Shown: in pieces, positions 39,257 through 49,545 of the stretch
Layout: every line of letters begins with the position of its first letter
How positions within the stretch are numbered: the stretch's first letter is position 1
Source of the DNA: Macrostomum hystrix
Lineage: Eukaryota; Animalia; Platyhelminthes
DNA: 64,000 nucleotides
Assembly (NCBI GenBank): GCA_950097015.1
Contig: CATNEN010000001.1
Span: 5,146,001 to 5,210,000, forward strand
Reading direction: 5' to 3'
Made by a program: the position numbers and the translations under genes
Notes under the pieces: generated by a model
Databases searched by the model: none
The model's input: only the letters and a program-made list of their open reading frames with translations
Told to the model about the DNA's origin: nothing

Positions 39257-41074
39257 TTATAAAAAATTGTCTAAGCGAGACTCAATTTCTAGTTTGCTGG
39301 CCTTCGCCATTTGTTCGTAGGCTTGGTGGAGCTTTTTGGAGGCATTGTTTGGAGTCGGCTCTGCTCCGCTTACAAGCTGCCACCGGTGGAGCCAGGCACT
39401 CGACGGCGGTTTATCGAAAAATTGCACATGAATTTTTAGAGTGCAAATGCCTTTTGTGCAGCTCGAACCGTGGCTGGGTAGGCAAACCATTGCCGGCCAC
39501 CAGTTTTCTCCGTCCGTTGGCCAGTAGCCGAGAACAAGGCAGCCTGGCTGAATTTCTTGCCGCTCAACTTCTGGCCGCTTGCTCGCTGGACTAGCGGCGC
39601 TGGTGCTGGCGCTGAACTCTGGACGTCGCTTTAGAGCCAAGCGGTTACCCGGCGGCTTGGCGGAGTCGACTTTAGCGCCAGCAGCAGGCAGGTCGGCGCC
39701 AGCAGCAGACAGGTCGGCGCCAGCAGCAGACAGGTCGGCGCCAGCAGCAGACAGGTCGGCGCCAGTAGCAGGCAGGTCGGCGCTAGCAGCAGGCAGGTCG
39801 GCGCCAGCAGTAGGCAAGTCGGCGCCAGCAGCAGGCAGGTCGGCGCCAGCAGTAGGCATGTCGGCGCCAGTAGCAGGCAGGTCGGCGCCAGCAGCAGACA
39901 GGTCGGCGCCAGCAGTAGGCATGTCGGCGCCAGCAGCAGGCAGGTCGGCGCCAGCAGCAGGCAGGTCGGCGCCAGCAGCAGGCAGGTCGGCGCTAGCAGC
40001 AGCCGACGAGCTCGAGCTCGCCGTCCAATTTTTGGTGGCCTGCCGGTACGAGGTGAGCTGCTGCTGCAGCCCACCATCGAAGATGCGCTGGTAGCGCGCC
40101 GAAATCAGAAAGTTTCCGACCTTCTCAAGGGCGGAAACTGTCTGCTTCAGCATTGAGTATGTCAGGCTGTCCAAGTAGGCGCTTACCGCGCCACGCCGAT
40201 CCTCGCCGATCAGCTGCTCAAAGCTGACTATGTCGAGGCGCTGCATCAGCCGTTTCAGATAGCACCGGATTTCCCGGACCGTAGCCGGTTTTCTGCGTCC
40301 GCCGAGCGAGCTCGCTAGGAAGACGCACAGGGCCTCAACATCAGCGGCTGAAGGATGCTCGGCCACCACCGCTCTGGCCGGCACTTTTAACCTGGCGTCA
40401 GCCAGCTTTTGTTGTTTTGCCGCTCTGACAGCGACAGGATGGCTGTTGCGCAAGTGGCTGGATAATAGATTCGGATTATTCCGCCACTCGCCGCAGATGT
40501 GGCACTGCTGCGCCATCTCCGGCATCGGGCTGGCAGTCAGCTGATGGGTGTGCAGCTTAACTGCCGCACGCACAGCTTTTAAGGCCTCTTTTTGAAGCGC
40601 AGCTTCAGATGAAATTCCGGTTGCTGCTAGCTGCTGCTTTGTGCTCTCTAGCACAGTCACGTGGGATCTTTTTAGGTGCTCGCTGAAGCGGGACTTTTTT
40701 ATTGGCAAGCAATTTCCGAAAGGGCAGATGTACTCTTGCCCGGCCCGCATCTTCTTCGGCTCAACGGCGGCAGGCTGTTGGACGGTGGCGGGCTGTTGGA
40801 CGGTGGCGAGCTGTTGGACGGTGGCGGGCTGCTGGACGGTAGCGGGCTGTTGGACGGTGGCGGGCTGTTGGACGGTGGCGGGCTGTTGGACGGTGGCGGG
40901 CTGTTGGACGGTGGCGGGCTGCTGGACGGTGGCGGGCTGCTGGACGGTGGCGGGCTGCTGGACGGTGGCGGGCTGCTGGACGGTGGCGGGCTGCTGGACG
41001 GTGGCGGGCTGCTGGACTTTGCTGGAGGTCCATTTCTCCCATTGAAGAAGTTTTTCAATGAAGGATTTTTCCAT
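39257..41074 (-). CDS. 605-aa intronless protein: (QQPATV)n, two C2H2-like zinc fingers, putative integrase core-binding (SAM-like) helical domain, (ADLPAAG)n linker, C-terminal PWWP domain
   Basis: Open frame with AAAAATG start, visibly GC-richer than its flanks. Fingers: YICPFGNC...FSEHLKRSH and QCHICGEW...LSSHLRNSH. PWWP: GCLVLGYWPTDGENWWPAMVC...IHVQFFDKPPSSAWLH...LHQAYEQM. Basic NLS-like LKRRP and KRPE motifs. The SAM-like call is weaker. Confidence 0.8.
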   Translation of the reverse strand: MEKSFIEKLLQWEKWTSSKVQQPATVQQPATVQQPATVQQPATVQQPATVQQPATVQQPATVQQPATVQQPATVQQPATVQQPATVQQLATVQQPATVQQPAAVEPKKMRAGQEYICPFGNCLPIKKSRFSEHLKRSHVTVLESTKQQLAATGISSEAALQKEALKAVRAAVKLHTHQLTASPMPEMAQQCHICGEWRNNPNLLSSHLRNSHPVAVRAAKQQKLADARLKVPARAVVAEHPSAADVEALCVFLASSLGGRRKPATVREIRCYLKRLMQRLDIVSFEQLIGEDRRGAVSAYLDSLTYSMLKQTVSALEKVGNFLISARYQRIFDGGLQQQLTSYRQATKNWTASSSSSAAASADLPAAGADLPAAGADLPAAGADMPTAGADLSAAGADLPATGADMPTAGADLPAAGADLPTAGADLPAASADLPATGADLSAAGADLSAAGADLSAAGADLPAAGAKVDSAKPPGNRLALKRRPEFSASTSAASPASKRPEVERQEIQPGCLVLGYWPTDGENWWPAMVCLPSHGSSCTKGICTLKIHVQFFDKPPSSAWLHRWQLVSGAEPTPNNASKKLHQAYEQMAKASKLEIESRLDNFL

Positions 41075-41230
41075 TTTTTGAAACCGAAAAATATACTTAA
41101 AATAGGATTATATGATTAAAAATGTATCTAGAGTCATGACTTAAATACGATGCCTGTGCTCAAAGGTGGGGATGAAGTCAGTCATCGGCCAATAAAAATA
41201 TAGATAGCATATCATTGGTTTTGGCTTTCG
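41075..41230 (-). promoter_or_regulatory. Candidate promoter of the PWWP ORF
   Basis: TATTTAA on the minus strand at 41141-41147, about 70 bp upstream of the ATG; CCAAT motifs at ~41189 (+) and ~41214 (-). Confidence 0.35.
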
Positions 41231-41746
41231 ACAGTCTTTGCAAAAACATAACAAGTCTCATTCAAATTTCAAATTGGAAATTGGAATTGGAATTGGAAGC
41301 ACTGCTTTGCCTCCGATTTAAAATTGCGCAATCATAAATTTAGTGCAACAAAAATGCTCCTCACATAGGTGTCACCGTCTATCATTCACCACCTCTAAAC
41401 ACTCGAGTCTATTTGAGTGTTCAAGTTGCGCAAACTCGACCATATTGATAATACGTACTTCGTGAACAACTTTTTAAAAAGCCGCGAAGTATATATTATC
41501 TATTACTCAACTCAAAAAACTGTCGAGAGATAGAAAAACCGCAAATCTCACACCGCACAAAACAACCGTGCATCATGGCTCCATAGGACCCATGGTATCC
41601 ATGGCACCCATGGTATCCATGGCACCAGGATATCAAATAAAAGAAAAAATAGTTTCGTCACCAAAAAAATTGCGCCATACAACCAAACAAATATTGCAAA
41701 TCGTAAACTTTATCACTAACAATTCGATCCTCATAAGCATCATAGG

Positions 41747-43987
41747 GGCGCCTTCTATATACAGAATCAAATAGAAGACTCAGATATGACACTAGATGGG
41801 GCAGATATACACAGCTGCACAGAAGACGCATGCGGCCTGCTTTTTCAGCAGTTTCTAACTGTCTTGAAGCGGCGCCTTCTATATACAGAATCAAATAGAA
41901 GACTCAGATATGACACTAGATGGGGCAGATATACACAGCTGCACAGATGACGCATGCGGCCTGCTTTTTCAGCAGTTTCTAACTGTCTTGAAGCGGCGCC
42001 TTCTATATACAGAATCAAATAGAAGACTCAGATATGACACTAGATGGGACAGATATACACAGCTGCACAGATGACGCATGCGGCCTGCTTTTTCAGCAGT
42101 TTCTAACTGTCTTGAAGCGGCGCCTTCTATATACAGAATCAAATAGAAGACTCAGAAATGACACTAGATGGGACAGATATACACAGCTGCACAGATGACG
42201 CATGCGGCCTGCTTTTTCAGCAGTTTCTAACTGTCTTGAAGCGGCGCCTTCTATATACAGAATCAAATAGAAGACTCAGATATGACACTAGATGGGGCAG
42301 ATATACACAGCTGCATAGAAGACGCATGCGGCCTGCTTTTTCAGCAGTTTCTAACTGTCTTGAAGCGGCGCCTTCTATATACAGAATCAAATAGAAGACT
42401 CAGATATGACACTAGATGGGGCAGATATACACAGCTGCACAGATGACGCATGCGGCCTGCTTTTTCAGCAGTTTCTAACTGTCTTGAAGCGGCGCCTTCT
42501 ATATACAGAATCAAATAGAAGACTCAGAAATGACACTAGATGAGACAGATATACACAGCTGCACAGATGACGCATGCGGCCTGCTTTTTCAGCAGTTTCT
42601 AACTGTCTTGAAGCGGCGCCTTCTATATACAGAATCAAATAGAAGACTCAGATATGACACTAGATGGGGCAGATATACACAGCTGCACAGATGACGCATG
42701 CGGCCTGCTTTTTCAGCAGTTTCTAACTGTCTTGAAGCGGCGCCTTCTATATACAGAATCAAATAGAAGACTCAGAAATGACACTAGATGGGACAGATAT
42801 ACACAGCTGCACAGATGACGCATGCGGCCTGCTTTTTCAGCAGTTTCTAACTGTCTTGAAGCGGCGCCTTCTATATACAGAATCAAATAGAAGACTCAGA
42901 AATGACACTAGATGGGATAGATATACACAGCTGCACAGATGACGCATGCGGCCTGCTTTTTCAGCAGTTTCTAACTGTCTTGAAGCGGCGCCTTCTATAT
43001 ACAGAATCAAATAGAAGACTCAGAAATGACACTAGATGGGACAGATATACACAGCTGCACAGATGACGCATGCGGCCTGCTTTTTCAGCAGTTTCTAACT
43101 GTCTTGAAGCGGCGCCTTCTATATACAGAATCAAATAGAAGACTCAGAAATGACACTAGATGGGGCAGATATACACAGCTGCACAGATGACGCATGCGGC
43201 CTGCTTTTTCAGCAGTTTCTAACTGTCTTGAAGCGGCGCCTTCTATATACAGAATCAAATAGAAGACTCAGAAATGACACTAGATGGGACAGATATACAC
43301 AGCTGCACAGATGACGCATGCGGCCTGCTTTTTCAGCAGTTTCTAACTGTCTTGAAGCGGCGCCTTCTATATACAGAATCAAATAGAAGACTCAGAAATG
43401 ACACTAGATGGGGCAGATATACACAGCTGCACAGATGACGCATGCGACCTGCTTTTTCAGCAGTTTCTAACTGTCTTGAAGCGGCGCCTTCTATATACAG
43501 AATCAAATAGAAGACTCAGAAATGACACTAGTTGGGACAGATATACACAGCTGCACAGATGACGCATGCGGCCTGCTTTTTCAGCAGTTTCTAACTGTCT
43601 TGAAGCGGCGCCTTCTATATACAGAATCAAATAGAAGACTCAGAAATGACACTAGTTGGGACAGATATACACAGCTGCACAGATGACGCATGCGGCCTGC
43701 TTTTTCAGCAGTTTCTAACTGTCTTGAAGCGGCGCCTTCTATATACAGAATCAAATAGAAGACTCAGAAATGACACTAGATGGGGCAGATATACACAGCT
43801 GCACAGATGACGCATGCGGCCTGCTTTTTCAGCAGTTTCTAACTGTCTTGAAGCGGCGCCTTCTATATACAGAATCAAATAGAAGACTCAGAAATGACAC
43901 TAGATGAGACAGATATACACAGCTGCACAGATGACGCATGCGGCCTGCTTTTTCAGCAGTTTCTAACTGTCTTGAAGCGGCGCCTTC
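41747..43987 (-). repeat. 124-bp tandem array, 18 full copies, inverted relative to 37745-39085 (inner right arm)
   Basis: GGCGCCTTC ends at 41755, 41879 ... 43987 (period 124). Confidence 0.97.
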
Positions 43988-44224
43988 TTGAGATCCGCTG
44001 CTGTCAATATACAGTAAGCAATGGATAACAAAGAAGTGACACAATGGGAGGGATATACAGCTATTCAAAATGACACAGACATGCTGCAAATGATAAACAC
44101 TGTGAGATCCGCTGCTGTCAATATACAGTAAGCAGTGGATAACAAAGAAGTGACACACAATGGGAGGGATATATAGCTATTTAAAATGACACAGACATGC
44201 TGCAAATCTTAAGCGCTGTGAAAT

Positions 44225-44712
44225 CATTCACAGCCTCATTCACAGCCTTATTCACACTCACAACTTTTCCACAGCGTCACTCACGTTCACAGCCTCACTC
44301 ACATTCACAGCTTTATTTACAACCTTATTCACACTCACAGCTTTATTCACAGCCTCACTTACATTAACAGCCTCACTCACATTTACAGCCTCACTCACAT
44401 TCACAGCCTCACTCACATTCACAGCCTCACTTACATTCACAGCCTCACTCACATTTACAGCCTCACTCACATTCACAGCCTCACTTACATTCACAGCCTC
44501 ACTTACATTTACAGCCTCACTCACATTCACAGCCTCACTTACATTCACAGCCTCACTCACATTTACAGCCTCACTCACATTCACAGCCTCACTTACATTC
44601 ACAGCCTCACTCACATTTACAGCCTCACTCACATTCACAGCCTCACTCACATTTACAGCCTCACTCACATTCACAGCCTCACTCACGTTTACATTTATGG
44701 CCTCATTCACAG
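44225..44712 (-). repeat. 18-bp minisatellite, outer right arm (inverted copy of 35958-36622)
   Basis: ATTCACAGCCTCACTCAC repeats. Confidence 0.93.
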
Positions 44713-45104
44713 TCTTACATGTATATACAGCTTTTTCACATCTTTACCCACACTTTTAGTGTGTTAGTATTTTGATTTTAAGATTAAAAAGTTATTGTTA
44801 GTTGGTACAATTAAAAAGATATGTACCAAGACTATTGGCAGTAGTTTTTCAGATTTTGTTCTGCTTTTTGCGGTTAGAACTTAAATTCTGTCTTTGTTTT
44901 GCAGTGCTTAAATATACACTATTTTTTTTAATTCAGTTTTTACGCAAGCATGGATCTTGGTTTTTTCGCATATATCTCATGCGTCATTTCTCATTCTGGC
45001 GTCATACAAACCCCCCTGTGCACCTAATTGGTTCTTTATTAAATGTAACACATGCAGTTAGGCCCTTATCTTTCTACCTTCATCCATATCCATACAGTTT
45101 AGTT

Positions 45105-45190
45105 CAGGGGTCGGCAAACTCCAGCCCGCGAGCCAGATGCGGCCCTCGAAGCTCCCAAATCCGGCCCGTTGCCCCCTTCCGACACCTAGT
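45105..45190. mobile_element. hAT/Charlie-like MITE terminus fragment
   Basis: CAGGGGTCGGCAAAC...GCCCGCGAGCCAGATGCGGCCC is a typical hAT end with GGCCCG-type subterminal motifs. Confidence 0.5.
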
Positions 45191-45192
45191 AT

Positions 45193-45981
45193 CCTGTCTC
45201 ATCTCTCCCCTGTCTTATCTCTCCCCTGTCTCGTCTCTCCCCTGTCTCATCTCTCCCCTGTCTTATTTCTCCCCTGTCTCATCTCTCCCCTGTTTCATCT
45301 ATCCCTGTCTTATTTCTCCCCTGTCTCATCTCTCCCCTGTTTCATCTATCCCCTGTCCTATTTCTCCCCTGTCTCATCTCTCCCCTGTCTTATTTCTCCC
45401 CTGTCTCATCTCTCCCCTGTTTCATCTATCCCTGTCTTATTTCTCCCCTGTCTCATCTCTCCCCTGTTTCATCTATCCCCTGTCTTATTTCTCCCCTGTC
45501 TCATCTCTCCCCTGTTTCATCTATCCCCTGTCTTATTTCTCCCTTGTCTCATCTCTCCCCTGTTTCATCTATCCCCTGTCTTATTTCTCCCCTGTCTCAT
45601 CTCTCCCCTGTTTCATCTATCCCCTGTCTTATTTCTCCCTTGTCTCATCTCTCCCCTGTTTCATCTCTCCCCTGTCTTATCTCTCCCCTGTCTCGTCTCT
45701 TCCCTGTCTCATCTCTCCCCTGTTTCATATCTATCCCCTGCCTTATTTCTCCCTTGTCCCATCTCTCCCCTGTTTCATCTCTCCCCTGTTTCATCTCTCC
45801 CCTGTCTTATCTCTCCCCTGTCTCGTCTCTCCCCTGTCTCATCTCTCCCCTGTTTCATCTCTCCCCTGTCTTATCTCTCCCCTGTCTCGTCTCTCCCCTG
45901 TCTTATCTCTCCCCTGTCTCATCTCTCCCCTGTTTCATATCTATCCCCTGCCTTATTTCTCCCTTGTCTCATCTCTCCCCT
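45193..45981. repeat. CT-rich ~18-bp minisatellite (CTCCCCTGTCTCATCTCT)
   Basis: Direct inspection. Confidence 0.93.
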
Positions 45982-47332
45982 ATAGTAGGGGCCGGGGCAT
46001 ATTGCCATATTTCTTAGTTAGAAGCCAATTGATATACCAAAGAATCGGACTTAAACTTAGGCCTAACTGAAACAAAGGCACAAAGATTTCTTTGGTATAG
46101 GCTAGGCCCCCCTATATATAGCTAAATAGCTAGGCAGTTTGCTGGCAGCTACATGTAGGCGTCCTATCTAGTCATTGATAGTTTGGTCGGTGCTGGACAA
46201 TCAGCTGTATAGCATGCGATTTGCCATCATGCATGGACTCTGTTGCAGAGAGGCAATTGCCAATTTGGTGGCAATGCAGATTGCGATGACTTGCTGCATT
46301 ATAGACTTGGCATAAGACGATAAGAGGACCTGCACAGACCATAGGTTCAGTATGGTTTAGTTGTAAAGAGGATCCACTGGACAGGCAGGCACGTGGAAAC
46401 CGGATGATTCATGCGTTGTCTGCTTGTCTAATTATAATAGTTGTCCCAACTTGTCCATTCTGAAATGATTTTTTGAAGAAAAATATATTCAAAGTATATT
46501 CATACCAAATTTTGCTACTGCAAGTAGTAATCAAAACATTTGACAAACTAAATTCAACGAAAGAGTAAATTTGAATAATGAAAATTTGGCCGCATCTGAA
46601 ATGAAAAAAGTAACAAAATTAAAGATAATAAAACTAGAGTTTTGAGGCTTTAGATTACGTGTAATGATTTGTGAGAGAGGAAAAAACATTCTTACTATAC
46701 ATATTTGTCAAATTCGACACTTAAAGCGACAAAAAAGGCATGTTCGGTTTGATGAATTTCTGTTCGGTTTGATGAAACGTCTATCTGAAAACCGAACGGA
46801 GCAGCAAATTCTGTTCCATCAACCGAACAAGAAAAAGAACTGAGTAAATACTAGAGTATTTCACACAAAATATATTGCATTCTGTACAGAATTTAATATT
46901 GAATCCAAAGAGTGGTTATAGTCTCAAATCAGATAAGTTTTGTGGGTTTAAGAGTATTTCTTCTGCACACCTATGATTTTCAATAATCTTGCAAATAAGC
47001 GATTTTTTTACTTTCTTCAGAACTTCTTGGCCTATAACTTTTTTCGTAGTGAATATCATAATAAAACGATAGCACGAAACTGTTTATGAATTAGTCTGCT
47101 GTAAGTTAAGTGGTTTTTACAGATAAAAGCCGATCTCGATGCAAGACAGGAGGTTAAATTCGGCCATGACTTTGTTGTTCGGTTTTGATGAGACATTGTT
47201 CGGTTGATGAGATTTCACCCTATATTATTTTATACTTTGTTGTCTGAAATTATATATATTTTAAAAAATATGATTTTTAGGCCTATCTGATATAAATGAC
47301 TAAGCTAAGACAAGCAATTTAGTCCAAAATAA

Positions 47333-49014
47333 ACATCCTATTTTCCAGTACCAGTAACAGTAGGCCCCTACCACAAAAAAATAAAAGTTAAAACAATGGG
47401 TCATAACAATGAAGCATGTGCAATTTCAGCTTTCTACCTACAGCATCCAGGGCTGGAGCAGTGGACCCTTTAAGTGTGTCTCCCCACCCCAGCCATAGAA
47501 GCCTCTGCTACTAAGGTCATGACAACCCTTTAAAAAGTGTGAAAGCTTCACTGAAACTGTTAGGACAAAGATGTGACAGGGTTTTGAAGGTTTGTGAATG
47601 GTGCAGAAAGATTTTGAAGTATTTTGTTGGCAGAGTTAATTAATGGATTTGGTTAGAGCAGTAAATTAGGCATATGTGCACCCTCCTTTTTCAATCTGGC
47701 TTGGGACAGACTTTGGCAAAGTTACTCACAAAGTTTTTATTTGTATTATGTTATGATCACAAAGCATGGCTGCTTACAGTTTTAAACACAATTATGTGTT
47801 AAGTTTTAGTTATGAACAGACAAAAATAATATTAAAAAATGTATTATTCATATTTTGCCAAAAATTAATTTGCTAAGTAGAATTTAAATATTCTAATCAA
47901 CTATGCTAATCATAAAAAGCTACCTTCTATGATTTGTATGGTAGTTTTCTTTGTTGGAGTGTTTCCGCTTTTCGATGATAGATTTCGATGATGCCTCAGC
48001 GAGTAGATGAGGCATCACTTTTTTACATGTTCGATAATTCAATGAACTCCACCTGTCTTATCTAAATGTAAATCGCACCCAGGCCGGTCAGCCAGTAAGT
48101 TTAACTGCTTTTCTGAGTACAACGTTTTTAGAAACAGGTCAAACTCAAAGCTTTGAATGAAGCATTTTATGGAATTTCTTTCACTGTCCATATTTCGCAT
48201 AATTTTTGCATAATATGAAGTTCTTTAATGACATTTTTGTGCACAGGTCCTTCTTCTTTGACTTCTAGCTTCACGTTAATTCACCAAATAGCTGGAAGAG
48301 ATTTGACACATGAAAAGTCGTTCTCATCTATCTCTTTTTCTGTCATTGACACCAAAAGCTCTTCATACAGTTCAGCCAGACTTTTTTCTTTCAAAAGCTC
48401 TTTAAATTTTTCTGCTTAATCAGCTGTAACTTTACTTAGAGTTGGAAAGTTGTGCCTTTTCTGTCCTTGTGTTGAAACTAATAGCGTAATATCTTCATGT
48501 GCTATTCTTGGCAATGTTTTTAATATAAAATTAAAAATTGACTAATTTCGGCATATCTGAAGTTGCCAAAAGGCCATATGGCTGGGGTGGGGAGAAACAC
48601 TTTAAGGGTCCACTGCTCCGGCCTGGATGCTGTAGGAAGCTGAAATTGCACATGCTTCATCTACATACATGCGCAACACCCGGCCGAACCGGCCAGGTGA
48701 AACGAGGGCCAAGCAAGGTAAGTCGCAAAAACCAATCAACCAAGTGCAAAAGAATCAAAGGGGGGACCAAGGGACAAAAAAGGAAGGCGTGAAGAAAATG
48801 AAAAAGGGGATAAAAAAGAGAGCAAATGAGAGCAAACTAAGTCGCAAATGAGAGCAAACTAAGTCATAAATAGAGCAAAAACTAAGTCGCACGGCCGGCT
48901 AAGATTTGGGAGGTTGCGCATGTATGCTCATCTACAGCCATGGCAATTAATTTTTTCTATTACCACCCTTTAAACTTTTATTTTTTCCCATACTGGTACT
49001 GGAAAATAGGATGT
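47333..49014 (-). mobile_element. Decayed Mutator-like element with long imperfect TIRs
   Basis: Termini ACATCCTATTTTCCAGTACCAGTA and TACTGGTACTGGAAAATAGGATGT; direct repeat CAAAATAA at 47325-47332 and 49015-49022; further inverted match 47409-47497 vs ~48577-48660; internal minus-strand relic LYSEKQLNLLADRPGCDLHLDKTGGV resembling the MULE first-Asp (D-x-T-G) motif. Confidence 0.65.
48664..48926. mobile_element. hAT-type MITE inserted in the right TIR of the Mutator-like element
   Basis: 14-bp TIR CATACATGCGCAAC / GTTGCGCATGTATG; 8-bp TSD TTCATCTA / CTCATCTA. Confidence 0.85.
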
Positions 49015-49089
49015 CAAAATAAGCACATTTTCATCAAACAAATACCTTGTATCTTGGTACAAGGTCTGGTGGATGATGATTTCTGAACA

Positions 49090-49545
49090 ATAGTTTAAGT
49101 GCAAGGACAGGGGACTTAGTTTTAGAGCCATATTTTCCAGAGTAGTTCCGGAATAGTCAACATGCAGAACTATGTGATCAGGCTGCATTTGTGTGCACGT
49201 GTTGTGTATGGCCCATAACTAGTGCCTAACTTGCAAATGATGCACAACATACTTTGTCATTAAGTTATTGAATTTGTCTATGGCATCCTGAATGCTATCA
49301 GACTTCTTGATCCTGAGCTACATTTATTTAAATCCTGTTTTCTTGCATGTTGTCAGCCCTCACTGCTGATAGTAAATTGTTGCTGGAGATGCATCAGTCA
49401 TCTGATGGAGTACTGAGTTGTTGGCACATGCTTGGCACTTGTGATATATGCTAGCTTTTGAGTCAATGTCGCAGACCAGCTGCTCAATTATATGTAGATT
49501 CATGCAACTATCGACAAGCTTGACCAGGAACAGCACATTGAGCAT
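49090..49545 (-). pseudogene. Decayed Sola2-like transposase fragment (Cys cluster to first catalytic Asp)
   Basis: LVCDIDSKASIYHKCQAC...IYYQQ*...VHHLQVRH*...IVLHVDYS, then a frameshift into NYSGKYGS; resembles HxDFSENY motif transposases. Confidence 0.55.

Larger units (their letters stand above)
35958..44712. mobile_element. Foldback-like element: long composite inverted arms flanking a single-gene loop
   Basis: Left arm (18-bp array, duplicated ~110-bp block, 124-bp array) is mirrored in reverse complement at 41747-44712; the ORF-track pairs 37574+/43829- and 35963+/44258- are near-identical. Confidence 0.75.
31800..47220. mobile_element. 15.4-kb TA-flanked TIR DNA transposon (Tc1/mariner-pogo-like, decayed), inflated by nested repeats and a foldback insert
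   Basis: Perfect 25-bp TIR GGGTGAAATCTCATCAACCGAACAA (31800-31824; 47196-47220) with TA on both outer sides. Subterminal CATCA(A)ACCGAAC motifs at ~32014, 46742, 46762, 46817 and 47177. Degenerate PHD-like Cys/His pattern at ~46205-46430. Confidence 0.8.

Noticed and set aside
39349-41119. Overlapping alternative-frame ORFs around the 605-aa ORF
   Set aside because: Shadows of GC-rich coding repeats; only the 605-aa frame has recognisable domains.
44802-46070. 422-aa hydrophobic ORF and overlapping ORFs
   Set aside because: CT-rich minisatellite lacking stops.
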